Assembly (NCBI GenBank): GCA_949283025.1
Contig: CASDRB010000010.1
Span: 226 to 64,225 of the forward strand
Direction of reading: 5' to 3'
Length of the DNA stretch: 64,000 nucleotides
DNA from: an uncultured bacterium
Lineage (GTDB): Bacteria > Bacillota_I > Bacilli_A > RFN20 > CAG-826
Both the position numbers and the translations under genes were made by a program. The notes under the pieces are model-generated. The model did not search any database. It had not been told where the DNA came from and saw only the letters and a list, made by a program, of their open reading frames with translations. Every line of letters begins with the position of its first letter. Position 1 is the first letter of the stretch. Shown in pieces: positions 40,467-50,184 of this stretch.

Positions 40467-41612
40467 TTTTTCTTGTATGAGTTTATTAACGACATCAAAT
40501 GAATAGTTTTCTAATGCCTTTTTTTGTCCTTGCAAAACTATATCGTGACGCGTTTCTTTACTCATTGTCGCTACTTTTTCTAATGCTTCTTTTAAATCGA
40601 GTGGTGAATCAGAACGCGCCCATATAATTTCTTGCAAAAATATTTTTGCCAGTTTTGTATTTTTTACTGAGATAGTAGGAGAACCCGATACTAAATATTC
40701 AATTGTTTTGCTTGGAATCGAATATCGATCTAAGTCTTCTGAAAATGGTCGTGGATTAATGTTTCCAATAGAATGTTGTTCGTAAAATAAAATGTCATCG
40801 ACTGGAAGCATCTTTAAATAACGTATGTTAGGGTAATCTTTAATGGTGTTGAGCAAACGATGTTCATCTCCATGGTGACCTGCAATAATTAGATAATAAT
40901 CTGGATATTGTTTTAAAAATTGTTTAAATGCTTCTATCAAATTGTAAACGCCATATCTTTCCATTAAAGCACCAGCGAAAAAGAAATATTTGCATTGCAA
41001 TGGCATTCGATCTTCAAAAGTTCTTTTTTCAACTATTCCTTCTAAGATGCAACTAGGTTTATTATGACGGTTGTATAATTCGTTTAATTCATCTGTTAAT
41101 GCTAAATAGCCATCATAATTGGAAGCATTGTTTAGTATATATGTTGAAAAAGAGCGACCGGTATTTGAAATATTAGATGGCGAATCAGTTACAATACCAA
41201 TTATTTTATTTTTATATTTTTTATTAACAGCGTGTTTTAAAAAATGAATTAACGCTGGATTAATCGTATCTGTAAAAATAATCGTATCGGTATTAACTAA
41301 TTGTTTAAATAAAGAATTGATTTGAGTTTGGCAATTGACAAATTTTTTAAAAATTGATCTTGATACCGCTAAATAATGCCATGTGATATTTTTGTCATTT
41401 TTTTCTTCTTTTTCTAGTTTCTTCATATCGCATAAACTTTTTGAAAATGGCCTTAATGATAAAACATCAACCTTATTGTTAATGGCTAAGGAACGAATTA
41501 ATTTATTGTGAAAATTTTGATTAGATGGATTGGGAGCAGATTTCCAATGGGTTATATATTCTTTAAAGTCTTTCTCATTCATCGCAGTAGTGATGTAGAG
41601 TATGTGCTTCAT
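40449..41612 (-). CDS. Glycosyltransferase (GT4-like)
   Basis: IVTD.P, FAGAL...YGV..LI.AF, INPR, YSIPSKTIEY..SG.P. Confidence 0.82.
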   Translation of the reverse strand: MKHILYITTAMNEKDFKEYITHWKSAPNPSNQNFHNKLIRSLAINNKVDVLSLRPFSKSLCDMKKLEKEEKNDKNITWHYLAVSRSIFKKFVNCQTQINSLFKQLVNTDTIIFTDTINPALIHFLKHAVNKKYKNKIIGIVTDSPSNISNTGRSFSTYILNNASNYDGYLALTDELNELYNRHNKPSCILEGIVEKRTFEDRMPLQCKYFFFAGALMERYGVYNLIEAFKQFLKQYPDYYLIIAGHHGDEHRLLNTIKDYPNIRYLKMLPVDDILFYEQHSIGNINPRPFSEDLDRYSIPSKTIEYLVSGSPTISVKNTKLAKIFLQEIIWARSDSPLDLKEALEKVATMSKETRHDIVLQGQKKALENYSFDVVNKLIQEKLFDVI

Positions 41613-42697
41613 TTTTTTATCATCTCCAATATTGCTTGATGTATTTTAATAGCAGCTTCTTCAATTGTATTTTGCTTTGCAGTATCAATAGCTGCTTGTG
41701 CCATATTATCACTTATATTAGAAATTGCATAGTCAATTGTTTCTTGTTTTTTAATATCGACAATATAGCCATTAATTCCATTTTTTAATAAATGCCAAGT
41801 TGAAATAGCTCGATCAGAAGATATGGCGGGCAAGCCTTGACTCATAGCTTCATTTAAAGTGTGACCATAAATATCTTCTTTTGAAAGAGTAATAAAACAA
41901 TCAGATGCTCGATAATAAGGAATCAATTCAAAAGCATCCTTATAATCTAAAATGATAACATTATTCATTTGATTTTGTTTGATAAAATTTTCATACAATG
42001 GCTTTTGTACACCTGATCCAATCAATAAAAGTATTTTGTCAGTATTTAAAAAACTTTTTAATAACTGAATATTATTTTTGCGTTCAATAAATTGGCAAGG
42101 TGAAACAAATATTTGCGAATAGATAGGTAAATTTAATTGCTTTCTTAGTTCCTGTTTTTCTAATTTGCTTAATGGTCTATCTAAAATTTGATGATTAAAG
42201 ATAGTAGAATTGGGATAGTGAAAAATTTTTTCCTTATTTGCGCCATAATAGCATAGGTATTCATCGGCTTTTGCACATGGTGACAAATAATATTTTGCTT
42301 TGGATATAAAACTTTTTTTGATTGCGTATTTTACATCTGATTCATTTTTAACAATGCCACCATTAATAAATAAAACATATGGTATTTTTTTAAGCTTTAA
42401 ATAAGTGATTGTTAACATTTCACTTATGGTTGCATAACCATTCATAACAATTAAATCATAATGTTTTTTTCTTATGGTTTTAATTATTTCAAATGATATA
42501 GAATTCTCGTTTCCAATATAACCAGTCTTGATAAATTTGTGTTCAAATTCATAACTATTTAAAGAATAAAATTTATAATCGCGATTAGAAGCATACATTC
42601 TTTCAAAAATAACTTCGATTGGTATCAATTTGTTTAATTCATTAAATAAATTAACTTTGTATGGAGCCGGTTGATTAAAAACAATTAGAATTCTCAT
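41609..42697 (-). CDS. GT4 glycosyltransferase
   Basis: N.PAPY...LFNEL, RKN, E.YG..LNEAM..GLP.I.S. Confidence 0.87.
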   Translation of the reverse strand: MRILIVFNQPAPYKVNLFNELNKLIPIEVIFERMYASNRDYKFYSLNSYEFEHKFIKTGYIGNENSISFEIIKTIRKKHYDLIVMNGYATISEMLTITYLKLKKIPYVLFINGGIVKNESDVKYAIKKSFISKAKYYLSPCAKADEYLCYYGANKEKIFHYPNSTIFNHQILDRPLSKLEKQELRKQLNLPIYSQIFVSPCQFIERKNNIQLLKSFLNTDKILLLIGSGVQKPLYENFIKQNQMNNVIILDYKDAFELIPYYRASDCFITLSKEDIYGHTLNEAMSQGLPAISSDRAISTWHLLKNGINGYIVDIKKQETIDYAISNISDNMAQAAIDTAKQNTIEEAAIKIHQAILEMIKK

Positions 42698-42761
42698 AAT
42701 TTTATATTATAACAATATAATTTCTTTTGTTAAACACAACACGATGCGATAATATTTAATC

Positions 42762-43427
42762 ATGATTAATACTTGGACTGATTTTTTTAAATCAATTAAA
42801 AATAAACCATATGCTATAACATTGCATAATTTTTTAAATAATGAATATGCCAACCACGTTTGCTATCCGCCAAGATCTTTAATTTTTAATGCTTTTAATT
42901 TGACTCCTGTCAACGAAGTAAAGGTGGTTATATTTGGTCAAGATCCATATCACGAACCTAATCAAGCAATGGGGCTTTGCTTTTCAGTAAATAAAGGAAT
43001 AAAGCTGCCGCCGTCATTAATAAATATCTATAAAGAAATTGAAGATGAATATAACTTCACCATGGATTATAGCAACGGCGATTTATCATATTTAGCAAAG
43101 CAAGGAGTTTTGTTATTAAACGCCATTTTGAGCGTTCAAAAGTCAATGCCATTATCACACAATATCAAAGAATACACTTTGTTTTTTCAAGATGTTTTAA
43201 CTTTTTTAAATCAACTAGAACAACCTATTGTTTTCCTATTATGGGGCGGATATGCAAAAGCTTTAAAAAAGTATTTAAATAATCCTAATCATTTGATTTT
43301 AGAATGCAATCATCCTTCCCCTTTATCTGCAAATAAAGGTGGGTGGTTTAAAAATAATCATTTTGTTTTGACCAACCAGTTTTTAAAACAACACAATTTA
43401 AAAGAAATAAATTGGTGCAATAAATAA
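42762..43427 (+). CDS. ung: Uracil-DNA glycosylase (family 1)
   Basis: GQDPYH, PPSL.NI, QGVLLLN, LWG, HPSPLS. Confidence 0.97.
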   Translation: MINTWTDFFKSIKNKPYAITLHNFLNNEYANHVCYPPRSLIFNAFNLTPVNEVKVVIFGQDPYHEPNQAMGLCFSVNKGIKLPPSLINIYKEIEDEYNFTMDYSNGDLSYLAKQGVLLLNAILSVQKSMPLSHNIKEYTLFFQDVLTFLNQLEQPIVFLLWGGYAKALKKYLNNPNHLILECNHPSPLSANKGGWFKNNHFVLTNQFLKQHNLKEINWCNK

Positions 43428-43460
43428 ATATTGCTATCGTTTGTAATTGTTTTATAATGA

Positions 43461-43545
43461 TAGCGGGAGCTGGGCGTACCCGGCTGAGAGGAGCTAATAT
43501 CGAGCTCGACCATACCTGATCTAGGTAATGCTAGCGTAGGGAATT
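43461..43545 (+). promoter_or_regulatory. TPP riboswitch aptamer
   Basis: GGGAGC-P3(GCTGGG/CCCGGC)-TGAGA-P3a(GAGC/GCTC)-GACC..ACCTGATCTAGGTAATGCTAGCGTAGGGAA; upstream of a ThiT-like gene. Confidence 0.9.
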
Positions 43546-43553
43546 TTTTATTT

Positions 43554-43575
43554 CCTCCTAGCGGGAGGTTTTTTT
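43554..43575 (+). terminator. Riboswitch expression platform: terminator hairpin that also sequesters the SD
   Basis: CCTCC-tagcg-GGAGG-TTTTTTT immediately before ATG 43576. Confidence 0.8.
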
Positions 43576-44559
43576 ATGGAATTTGTAAAAAAAATAAAAA
43601 AAGAGTTGGTTTTAGTAGGGTTATTAATATTGATGTTTGTTGGTCTTTTTCTACCTTACATCTATTATAACGATTCGTTTGAATTAGGATATCAAGCAAT
43701 ATTCGGTCATGGTTTTAATTGGATTATATTTATTTTAATTTTGCCATATATATTATTGGGTGTGTCTATTGGTTTTGTTGTCTATCATCAAAAACATTAT
43801 GTTTTGCCACCATTAGCAATTTTGATGAGTCTAATTGCTTTGACATTATTTATTTTTGTCCCTAGTTTTTATGCATATTTAATTGGTGCAAGTGAATCTG
43901 ATTGTTTTTTAAATGTCGGTCCAATTTTATTGGCTTTTTATTGTGCCATCATCGCTATTTTTGCCTACTCTTTTGTCGATAGAAAAAATAGATATAGCAA
44001 AATAAGTGTTTATGAAATGGTTGAAATTTCAATTTTTGTAGCTATAGCGGTCGTTTTAGATATGTTTGCTCAAATTGATATTGGCGCGACAGGCGGATCT
44101 ATTGGATTTGCTATGTTGCCATTAATGATTATTACTATGAGACATGGCCCAATTAAAGGGTTTGTTGCTTCTGGTATTATTTTTGGTTTTATTACATGCT
44201 TAACTGATGGCTGGGGCTTTGTTTATTTTCCGTTTGATTATTTGTTAGGATTTGGCTCAATTGCATTGTTAGGAATTTTTAACAAGTGGACCATGCCAAA
44301 AGATGATAGTAAAGTCCATGTCAAAGGCGTTATTTTAATTATTGTTGGTGTGATATTAGTCATGATTGGAAGAACGATTGCTTCTTCAATTTCTTCCATG
44401 CTTTTTTATGGATACAATTTAACTGAAGCAATTATCTATCAAATGACATATGTGCCAGGTGCGTGTGGGGCGTCATTGATAGTTTTATTGCTACTTTATA
44501 AACCATTGCTGATAGTTAATAAACGCTACAATGTAAAGAAAAGCGATGAATTAAATTAA
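43576..44559 (+). CDS. thiT: ECF S-component thiamine transporter ThiT with an extra N-terminal 4-TM domain
   Basis: C-terminal ~190 aa EMVEI..FVAIAVVLD..GGSI..AMLP...RHG...DYLL; TPP riboswitch upstream. Confidence 0.85.
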   Translation: MEFVKKIKKELVLVGLLILMFVGLFLPYIYYNDSFELGYQAIFGHGFNWIIFILILPYILLGVSIGFVVYHQKHYVLPPLAILMSLIALTLFIFVPSFYAYLIGASESDCFLNVGPILLAFYCAIIAIFAYSFVDRKNRYSKISVYEMVEISIFVAIAVVLDMFAQIDIGATGGSIGFAMLPLMIITMRHGPIKGFVASGIIFGFITCLTDGWGFVYFPFDYLLGFGSIALLGIFNKWTMPKDDSKVHVKGVILIIVGVILVMIGRTIASSISSMLFYGYNLTEAIIYQMTYVPGACGASLIVLLLLYKPLLIVNKRYNVKKSDELN

Positions 44560-44580
44560 GCGGAGCATAGCTCCGTTTTT
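44558..44580 (+). terminator. Terminator after thiT
   Basis: GCGGAGC-ata-GCTCCGT-TTTT. Confidence 0.8.
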
Positions 44581-44648
44581 AATTTGACATACTTTAATAT
44601 GTATTTCCATTGTAAATATGTTAATATTTTTCAATGGAGGATAAAATT

Positions 44649-45695
44649 ATGGAAGAAAAAGATAAAATAAATCCTAATTTAGAAAATATTCAACCAGTTG
44701 ACATGAATGTCAATATTTATGAGATTAACAAAAATATTAATCCTGAGACTTTTGCTCAAGAAATTGAAGAACAACGTTTATTGGTTCATAAGGCATACAA
44801 AAAATCTAAGTTGATTTCAAACATTATGATGGGCGTTGTAATATGTTTGATAATTGCTGGCATCATCATGTGGTCGCAAAATAATGATGCTTTAAAAATT
44901 GTTGGCTATGTGTTATTAGGATTAGCTATTGCCGGGATGCTAGTTTTTTATTTTATCAATCGCGGCCGTCTACCAAAAGCGATTAAAACTTACATTGCAT
45001 TCGTCAGCGATCGTTTTAATGGTTATTTATACAAAGATGAAAAATTTCATAATGTGAGTTGCGATCCTAATGAGAAAATTGACGCTGCAACATTGACTGC
45101 CGATCGTTGTTACACTGGAATAGCAAGTTGTGGTTCAAGAAACATTATTCACGGCACATATTTAGACCATCCGTTTTTAGTTGGTGATGTTTCAGCAGTA
45201 GGTTTAGAAGGTAAAAAGAAACAAATTGATTTATTCGTAGGCAAATATATATCTTATGATAATGGTTTTAAATTTGACGGACGCATCGTAATTAATGTTC
45301 GTTTAAAAGGTGAAAAATTAATAGATTTGCCTAATGATACATATGATTTGGAACAAGTAATTCAAGACGGACAATTGACGGTTTGGGCTACTGCTGGGTT
45401 AGATTATAAAGCAGTTATTAATACTAAATTATTGTCACAACTTAAAGATTTTGATGTTGATGAAAGCAAACATTTGCTCAACTTAAATGTCGTGATTTGG
45501 GGTGGACATACTGCTGTGTATTTAAGTTATGACAACTCTTTAATGTCTTTCCCTTTTGAAAATCCTTACAATAGACATCCTATCGATTGTTTTAAACGTG
45601 ATCAAGACCGTGTATTTTCGATGTTTGAAGATATGTTAAAAGAAAAAACAGTTCGTTTAGAAAAGGTAAATTTGCCATCTTCAAGTGAGGAGTAA
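44649..45695 (+). CDS. Two-TM hypothetical membrane protein
   Basis: Two adjacent TMs and a ~240-aa soluble C-terminal domain; SD GGAGG 8 nt before ATG 44649. Confidence 0.75.
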   Translation: MEEKDKINPNLENIQPVDMNVNIYEINKNINPETFAQEIEEQRLLVHKAYKKSKLISNIMMGVVICLIIAGIIMWSQNNDALKIVGYVLLGLAIAGMLVFYFINRGRLPKAIKTYIAFVSDRFNGYLYKDEKFHNVSCDPNEKIDAATLTADRCYTGIASCGSRNIIHGTYLDHPFLVGDVSAVGLEGKKKQIDLFVGKYISYDNGFKFDGRIVINVRLKGEKLIDLPNDTYDLEQVIQDGQLTVWATAGLDYKAVINTKLLSQLKDFDVDESKHLLNLNVVIWGGHTAVYLSYDNSLMSFPFENPYNRHPIDCFKRDQDRVFSMFEDMLKEKTVRLEKVNLPSSSEE

Positions 45696-45696
45696 A

Positions 45697-46233
45697 ATGT
45701 CGTTTCTTTATCATTGGGTACAAATAAAAAGTTTCAAGCACGATGGGGTTTTTCATCGTTTTTGGGATCGTGGTTTAGTTGTTTTAGACAATGATGATTT
45801 TATTGTTGTAGCTTCAAAACACTCAAAAGTTGTTGAAACAAATGGACGACGTTGGTTTACTAAAGAACCAGCGGTTACCGTTTTTTCTAAAAAGCGTTGG
45901 TACAACGTCATATGCATGTTAAAAGAAGGTGGTGTTGCTTATTATTGCAATATCGCTTCTCCATGTTTAATTGAAAAAAATACAATCAAGTATATCGATT
46001 ATGATTTAGATATAAAATTAAACGAAAAAGGTAACTTAAAAATACTTGATGAAAAGGAATATCAAAATCATCGACAAGCATATGATTATTCACAAGACCT
46101 CGATTTTATTTTAAAAGCGGAATTAGAAGATGTTGAAAATGATATTAAACAACACAATTTCCCATTTGACGACAAAAAAATATACGATTTATACAATGAA
46201 TATTTAAAACACATAGAAAAAAGTGATGAATAA
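45697..46233 (+). CDS. DUF402 nucleoside tri/diphosphate phosphatase (Ntdp/YgaC-like)
   Basis: S.KHDG..HR.W, GRRW.T.EPA, YYCNIASP, YIDYDLD, LDE.EY..H. Confidence 0.9.
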   Translation: MSFLYHWVQIKSFKHDGVFHRFWDRGLVVLDNDDFIVVASKHSKVVETNGRRWFTKEPAVTVFSKKRWYNVICMLKEGGVAYYCNIASPCLIEKNTIKYIDYDLDIKLNEKGNLKILDEKEYQNHRQAYDYSQDLDFILKAELEDVENDIKQHNFPFDDKKIYDLYNEYLKHIEKSDE

Positions 46234-46702
46234 TATGGAAAAAGAATTTATTACATATGATGCTAAACAAACAATTGATTTAGGCAAGCAAATTGCAAAG
46301 TATGTATTTCCTAATCTTGTCATTGCTTTAACTGGTGATTTAGGTGCTGGAAAAACCACATTAGTTCAAGGCATTGCATTAGGGTTGGGTATAAATGAAA
46401 AAGTTACTTCCCCAACTTTTAATATATTAAAGTGCTATTTTCATAATCCTATTTCGTTATATCACATTGATGCTTATCGTTTATTAGATACAAATAAAGA
46501 TATAGGCTTAGAAGAATTTATTGATGGTGATGGTGTATGCGTTATTGAATGGCCACAATATATTCAAGAATATTTGCCTTTTCAATTTTTAAAAGTCGAG
46601 TTGCATCACCTCCAAGACAATGCAAGAAAAATTATTATTCAAACTGATATTAATCAATTAAAAGAATTATTTGATGAAATCGAGGTGAATAAAAATGTAT
46701 AG
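46226..46702 (+). CDS. tsaE: t6A biosynthesis ATPase
   Basis: L.GDLGAGKTT, VTSPTF, H.D.YRL, IEW; start 46226 or 46235. Confidence 0.95.
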   Translation: MNNMEKEFITYDAKQTIDLGKQIAKYVFPNLVIALTGDLGAGKTTLVQGIALGLGINEKVTSPTFNILKCYFHNPISLYHIDAYRLLDTNKDIGLEEFIDGDGVCVIEWPQYIQEYLPFQFLKVELHHLQDNARKIIIQTDINQLKELFDEIEVNKNV

Positions 46703-47279
46703 TGTTATTTTAGACTCTTCCAATCAAGATTTACTAGTGGCATTGGCAAAAGAGGATGCATTGATCGATGTTGTTTGTTATCCCGCTTGGCAACGACAAT
46801 CTGAATTGATGGTTAAGGAGATGGAAAATCTTTTTATTAAACACAATGTCGATAAAAGCGATATTGGAGATGTTATTGTTAGTATCGGCCCTGGTTCATA
46901 TACCGGTGTTAGAATAGCTTTAACAATCGCTAAAACAATGAATTTAGCATTAAATATTCCTATTTATCCAATTTCATCTTTGCACGCAATGAAAGATGAT
47001 AATCTTCCTTCGATATGCTTAATTAATGCTCGCAGCAATCGTTCATATATCGGTGTATATGAAAACGAAAATGTAATAATCAGCGACACCATTTTTAATA
47101 ACGATGATGTCAAGGCATATATTTTATCGCATCCTAATTATCATTTGATGGGGGATTTAAAATATTTAAACTTAAACGGCAAAAAACCTGATGTTGCTAA
47201 ACAATTATTAAAACTTAAAAAAATAACTAAGCCTTTGCATGACGGTCTTGGGTTAAAGCCAATTTATTTAAAAAATTAA
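46695..47279 (+). CDS. tsaB: t6A biosynthesis protein
   Basis: LDSS, GPGSYTGVRI; between tsaE and rimI. Confidence 0.93.
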   Translation: MYSVILDSSNQDLLVALAKEDALIDVVCYPAWQRQSELMVKEMENLFIKHNVDKSDIGDVIVSIGPGSYTGVRIALTIAKTMNLALNIPIYPISSLHAMKDDNLPSICLINARSNRSYIGVYENENVIISDTIFNNDDVKAYILSHPNYHLMGDLKYLNLNGKKPDVAKQLLKLKKITKPLHDGLGLKPIYLKN

Positions 47280-47281
47280 TT

Positions 47282-47734
47282 ATGTCGAAATTAGAATATA
47301 TAATCTCACCAATGAAAGTTGGAGATATTGAAAGTGTTGTTCAACTTGAAAGACAAATTTTTAAAAATCCTTGGGATTTGTCGGCTTATGAGCAAGATTT
47401 AGTTAATAATCCGTGCTCATATTTGTATGTTTTAAAATATGGCGACATACTTATTGGATACATTGATTTTTGGATTACATTTGATTCTGCCACCCTGTGT
47501 AAAATTGGAATTGACCCAAAATATCAAGGCCGACATTTATCATCATTATTAATGGATAAAATGATTGATGAATTGCGTTTTCAAAAAATTAAATACATCA
47601 CTTTAGAGGTGCGTTCATCCAATCAAAAAGCAATCGCTTTATACAATAAATACGGATTTTATTTTGAGACATTGAAAAAACAATATTACGCCGATGGAGA
47701 AGACGCCTTGTATCTAGTTAAGGAGGTTAAGTAA
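47282..47734 (+). CDS. rimI: RimI-like N-acetyltransferase
   Basis: F.NPW, LEVRSSN..AI.LY.KYGF, YYADGEDA. Confidence 0.9.
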   Translation: MSKLEYIISPMKVGDIESVVQLERQIFKNPWDLSAYEQDLVNNPCSYLYVLKYGDILIGYIDFWITFDSATLCKIGIDPKYQGRHLSSLLMDKMIDELRFQKIKYITLEVRSSNQKAIALYNKYGFYFETLKKQYYADGEDALYLVKEVK

Positions 47735-48750
47735 TGAGCAAGATAATTTTAGCAATTGAATCTAGTTGCGATGAAACAGCATGCGCAATTATCAAAGATG
47801 ATAAACTGTTATCTAATATCGTTTCTACCCAGATTGAAGTCCATGCTAAATATGGTGGAGTAATGCCAGAGATTGCTTCTAGGCTCCATGCTGAAAACAT
47901 CGGAATAGTCATTAAAGAAGCCTTACACAAAGCAAATGTTTCATTAAATGAAGTAGACGGATTTGCCATAACTCGTGGACCGGGTTTAATTGGGGCGCTT
48001 CATGTTGGTATGCAAGCAGCTAAAACTTTATCGCTTTTATATAAAAAACCGCTGATACCAGTTCATCATTTAGCAGGCCATATATACGCTAATAATTTTG
48101 TTGGTAAATTACAATTTCCCTTATTGGCTATTGTTGTTTCTGGGGGGAATACTGAATTTGTCATCATGGAAAAAGACTTAGATTTTAAAATTATCGGTCG
48201 CACTAAAGATGATGCTGTCGGCGAATGTTTTGATAAAGTGGCTCGAGTGTTAGGCCTTCCTTATCCTGGAGGTATTCCAATTGATAAAAATGCTAAATTA
48301 GGAAAACATATTTATCATTTACCTACTCCATTGCACGATGACTCATTTGACTTTTCGTATTCTGGTTTAAAAACTAATGTCATTAATTTAGTGCATAAAC
48401 ATGAGCAAAATAATGACCCAATTAACATTAATGATATGTGCAAATCATTTCAAGATACAGCAATAGATATGATAGTTGAAAAAGCAAGAAAGGCCGCATT
48501 GAAATATCATGTAAAACAAATTGTTTTAGCAGGTGGCGTATCCGCTAATTCGTATTTAAGAGAACAAATGATAAACACAGCTAAAAAAATTAAAGTGGAT
48601 ATTATTGTTCCGCCTATGTGGTGTTGCACTGATAATGCAGCTATGATTGCTATGGTTGGTTCAATGCTGTATGATCGTCATGTTTTCGCGCCATTAGATA
48701 TTTCTGTTGATCCAAATTGGGAAATTGAAGATTATCTTAAATTTAATTGA
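47734..48750 (+). CDS. tsaD: t6A threonylcarbamoyltransferase
   Basis: ILAIESSCDET, GPGL, HHLAGH, VSGG, DDAVGE.FDK, CTDNAAMI. Confidence 0.97.
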   Translation: MSKIILAIESSCDETACAIIKDDKLLSNIVSTQIEVHAKYGGVMPEIASRLHAENIGIVIKEALHKANVSLNEVDGFAITRGPGLIGALHVGMQAAKTLSLLYKKPLIPVHHLAGHIYANNFVGKLQFPLLAIVVSGGNTEFVIMEKDLDFKIIGRTKDDAVGECFDKVARVLGLPYPGGIPIDKNAKLGKHIYHLPTPLHDDSFDFSYSGLKTNVINLVHKHEQNNDPININDMCKSFQDTAIDMIVEKARKAALKYHVKQIVLAGGVSANSYLREQMINTAKKIKVDIIVPPMWCCTDNAAMIAMVGSMLYDRHVFAPLDISVDPNWEIEDYLKFN

Positions 48751-48775
48751 ATATAAATACAACAAACAATAAAAT
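48747..48775 (+). promoter_or_regulatory. SigA-type promoter for asnS
   Basis: TTGAAT-17 nt-TAAAAT. Confidence 0.55.
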
Positions 48776-48800
48776 ATATAAAATATACGAGGTCTATTTT

Positions 48801-50183
48801 ATGGATTATAAAGTTATGAGCGATATTGAACTTCGCCAAATTGCCTTAAGTGGCAAAATCAAAGGTTATGAATTTGTAGAATTATCGGGTTGGGTTAGAA
48901 CTAATCGTGATAATGGATCAATCGGTTTTATTGAATTAAATGATGGAACCCATTTTTTAAATGTTCAATTAGTCTATTTAAAAGATAATGAAACTATTTA
49001 TAACACATGCAAAGCAATTCGAACTGGAGAAGCAATTAAAGTAAAAGGCGAACTAGTTTTAACGCCTGGTGGTAAACAATCTTTTGAAATTAGAGTCCAT
49101 GCGTTAGAAGTATTAGGTACATGCGACGATGATTATCCTTTGCAAAAGAAAAGACATTCATTTGAATTTTTAAGGGAAATAGCCCATTTAAGACCTCGCG
49201 CTAATACTTTTTATGCTTTGTATCGTGTAAGAAGCGTTTTATCTATGGCTATACATCGTTTTTTCCAAGATCGAGGTTTTGTTTATGTTCATACTCCAAT
49301 CATTACCTCAAACGATTGTGAAGGAGCTGGACAAGTTTTTGATGTTGTCACTCAAGGAAAAGACCCATTTGCTTTTTTTAAACAACATGTCAACTTAACC
49401 GTTTCTGGTCAATTGCATGTCGAACCTTTTGCTTTGGCTTTTAAAAATGTCTATACTTTTGGTCCGACTTTTAGAGCAGAAAATTCTAATACTCCTAGAC
49501 ACGCTGCAGAATTTTGGATGATTGAACCAGAAATTGCATTTGCAGATTTAAACGATGATATGAATTTGATCGAAGAATGCGTTAAATACTGCATTGAATA
49601 TGTCTTGAGTAATTGCCCAGATGAAATGAACTTTTTTGCAAATATGATTGATAAAGGTTTAATGGATAGATTAAACCATGTCTTAAATTCAGAATTCAAA
49701 CGCATGACATATACGCAAGCCATTGATATTTTGATTGAAGCAGTTAAAAATGGCCATGAATTTGAAAACAAAAATATTGAATGGGGCATGGATTTACAAA
49801 GCGAACATGAGCGTTATGTAACTGAACATGTTGTAAAAGGGCCAGTATTTTTAATCGATTATCCAAAAGAGATAAAAGCCTTTTATATGCGTTTAAACGA
49901 TGATGGAAAAACAGTAGCTGCTTGTGATTTGTTAGTGCCTGGAGTTGGTGAATTGGTCGGTGGTTCGCAACGTGAAGAACGTTATGAATTGCTCAAAGCA
50001 AAAATGGATGAAATGAATATTTCAAAGGGCTTGGAGTGGTATTTAGATACTAGACGTTATGGCGGATGTAAACACGCTGGATTTGGAATCGGGTTCGATC
50101 GGTTTTTGATGTATTTAACAGGTGTTAATAATATTCGTGATACTGAACCTTTCCCTAGAACAGCAAATAGTATAAAATATTGA
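48801..50183 (+). CDS. asnS: Asparagine--tRNA ligase
   Basis: GWVRT.R, LTVSGQL, FRAE.S.T.RH..EFWMIEPE, GGSQREER, GFGIGFDR; start after GAGG. Confidence 0.96.
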   Translation: MDYKVMSDIELRQIALSGKIKGYEFVELSGWVRTNRDNGSIGFIELNDGTHFLNVQLVYLKDNETIYNTCKAIRTGEAIKVKGELVLTPGGKQSFEIRVHALEVLGTCDDDYPLQKKRHSFEFLREIAHLRPRANTFYALYRVRSVLSMAIHRFFQDRGFVYVHTPIITSNDCEGAGQVFDVVTQGKDPFAFFKQHVNLTVSGQLHVEPFALAFKNVYTFGPTFRAENSNTPRHAAEFWMIEPEIAFADLNDDMNLIEECVKYCIEYVLSNCPDEMNFFANMIDKGLMDRLNHVLNSEFKRMTYTQAIDILIEAVKNGHEFENKNIEWGMDLQSEHERYVTEHVVKGPVFLIDYPKEIKAFYMRLNDDGKTVAACDLLVPGVGELVGGSQREERYELLKAKMDEMNISKGLEWYLDTRRYGGCKHAGFGIGFDRFLMYLTGVNNIRDTEPFPRTANSIKY

Positions 50184-50184
50184 T

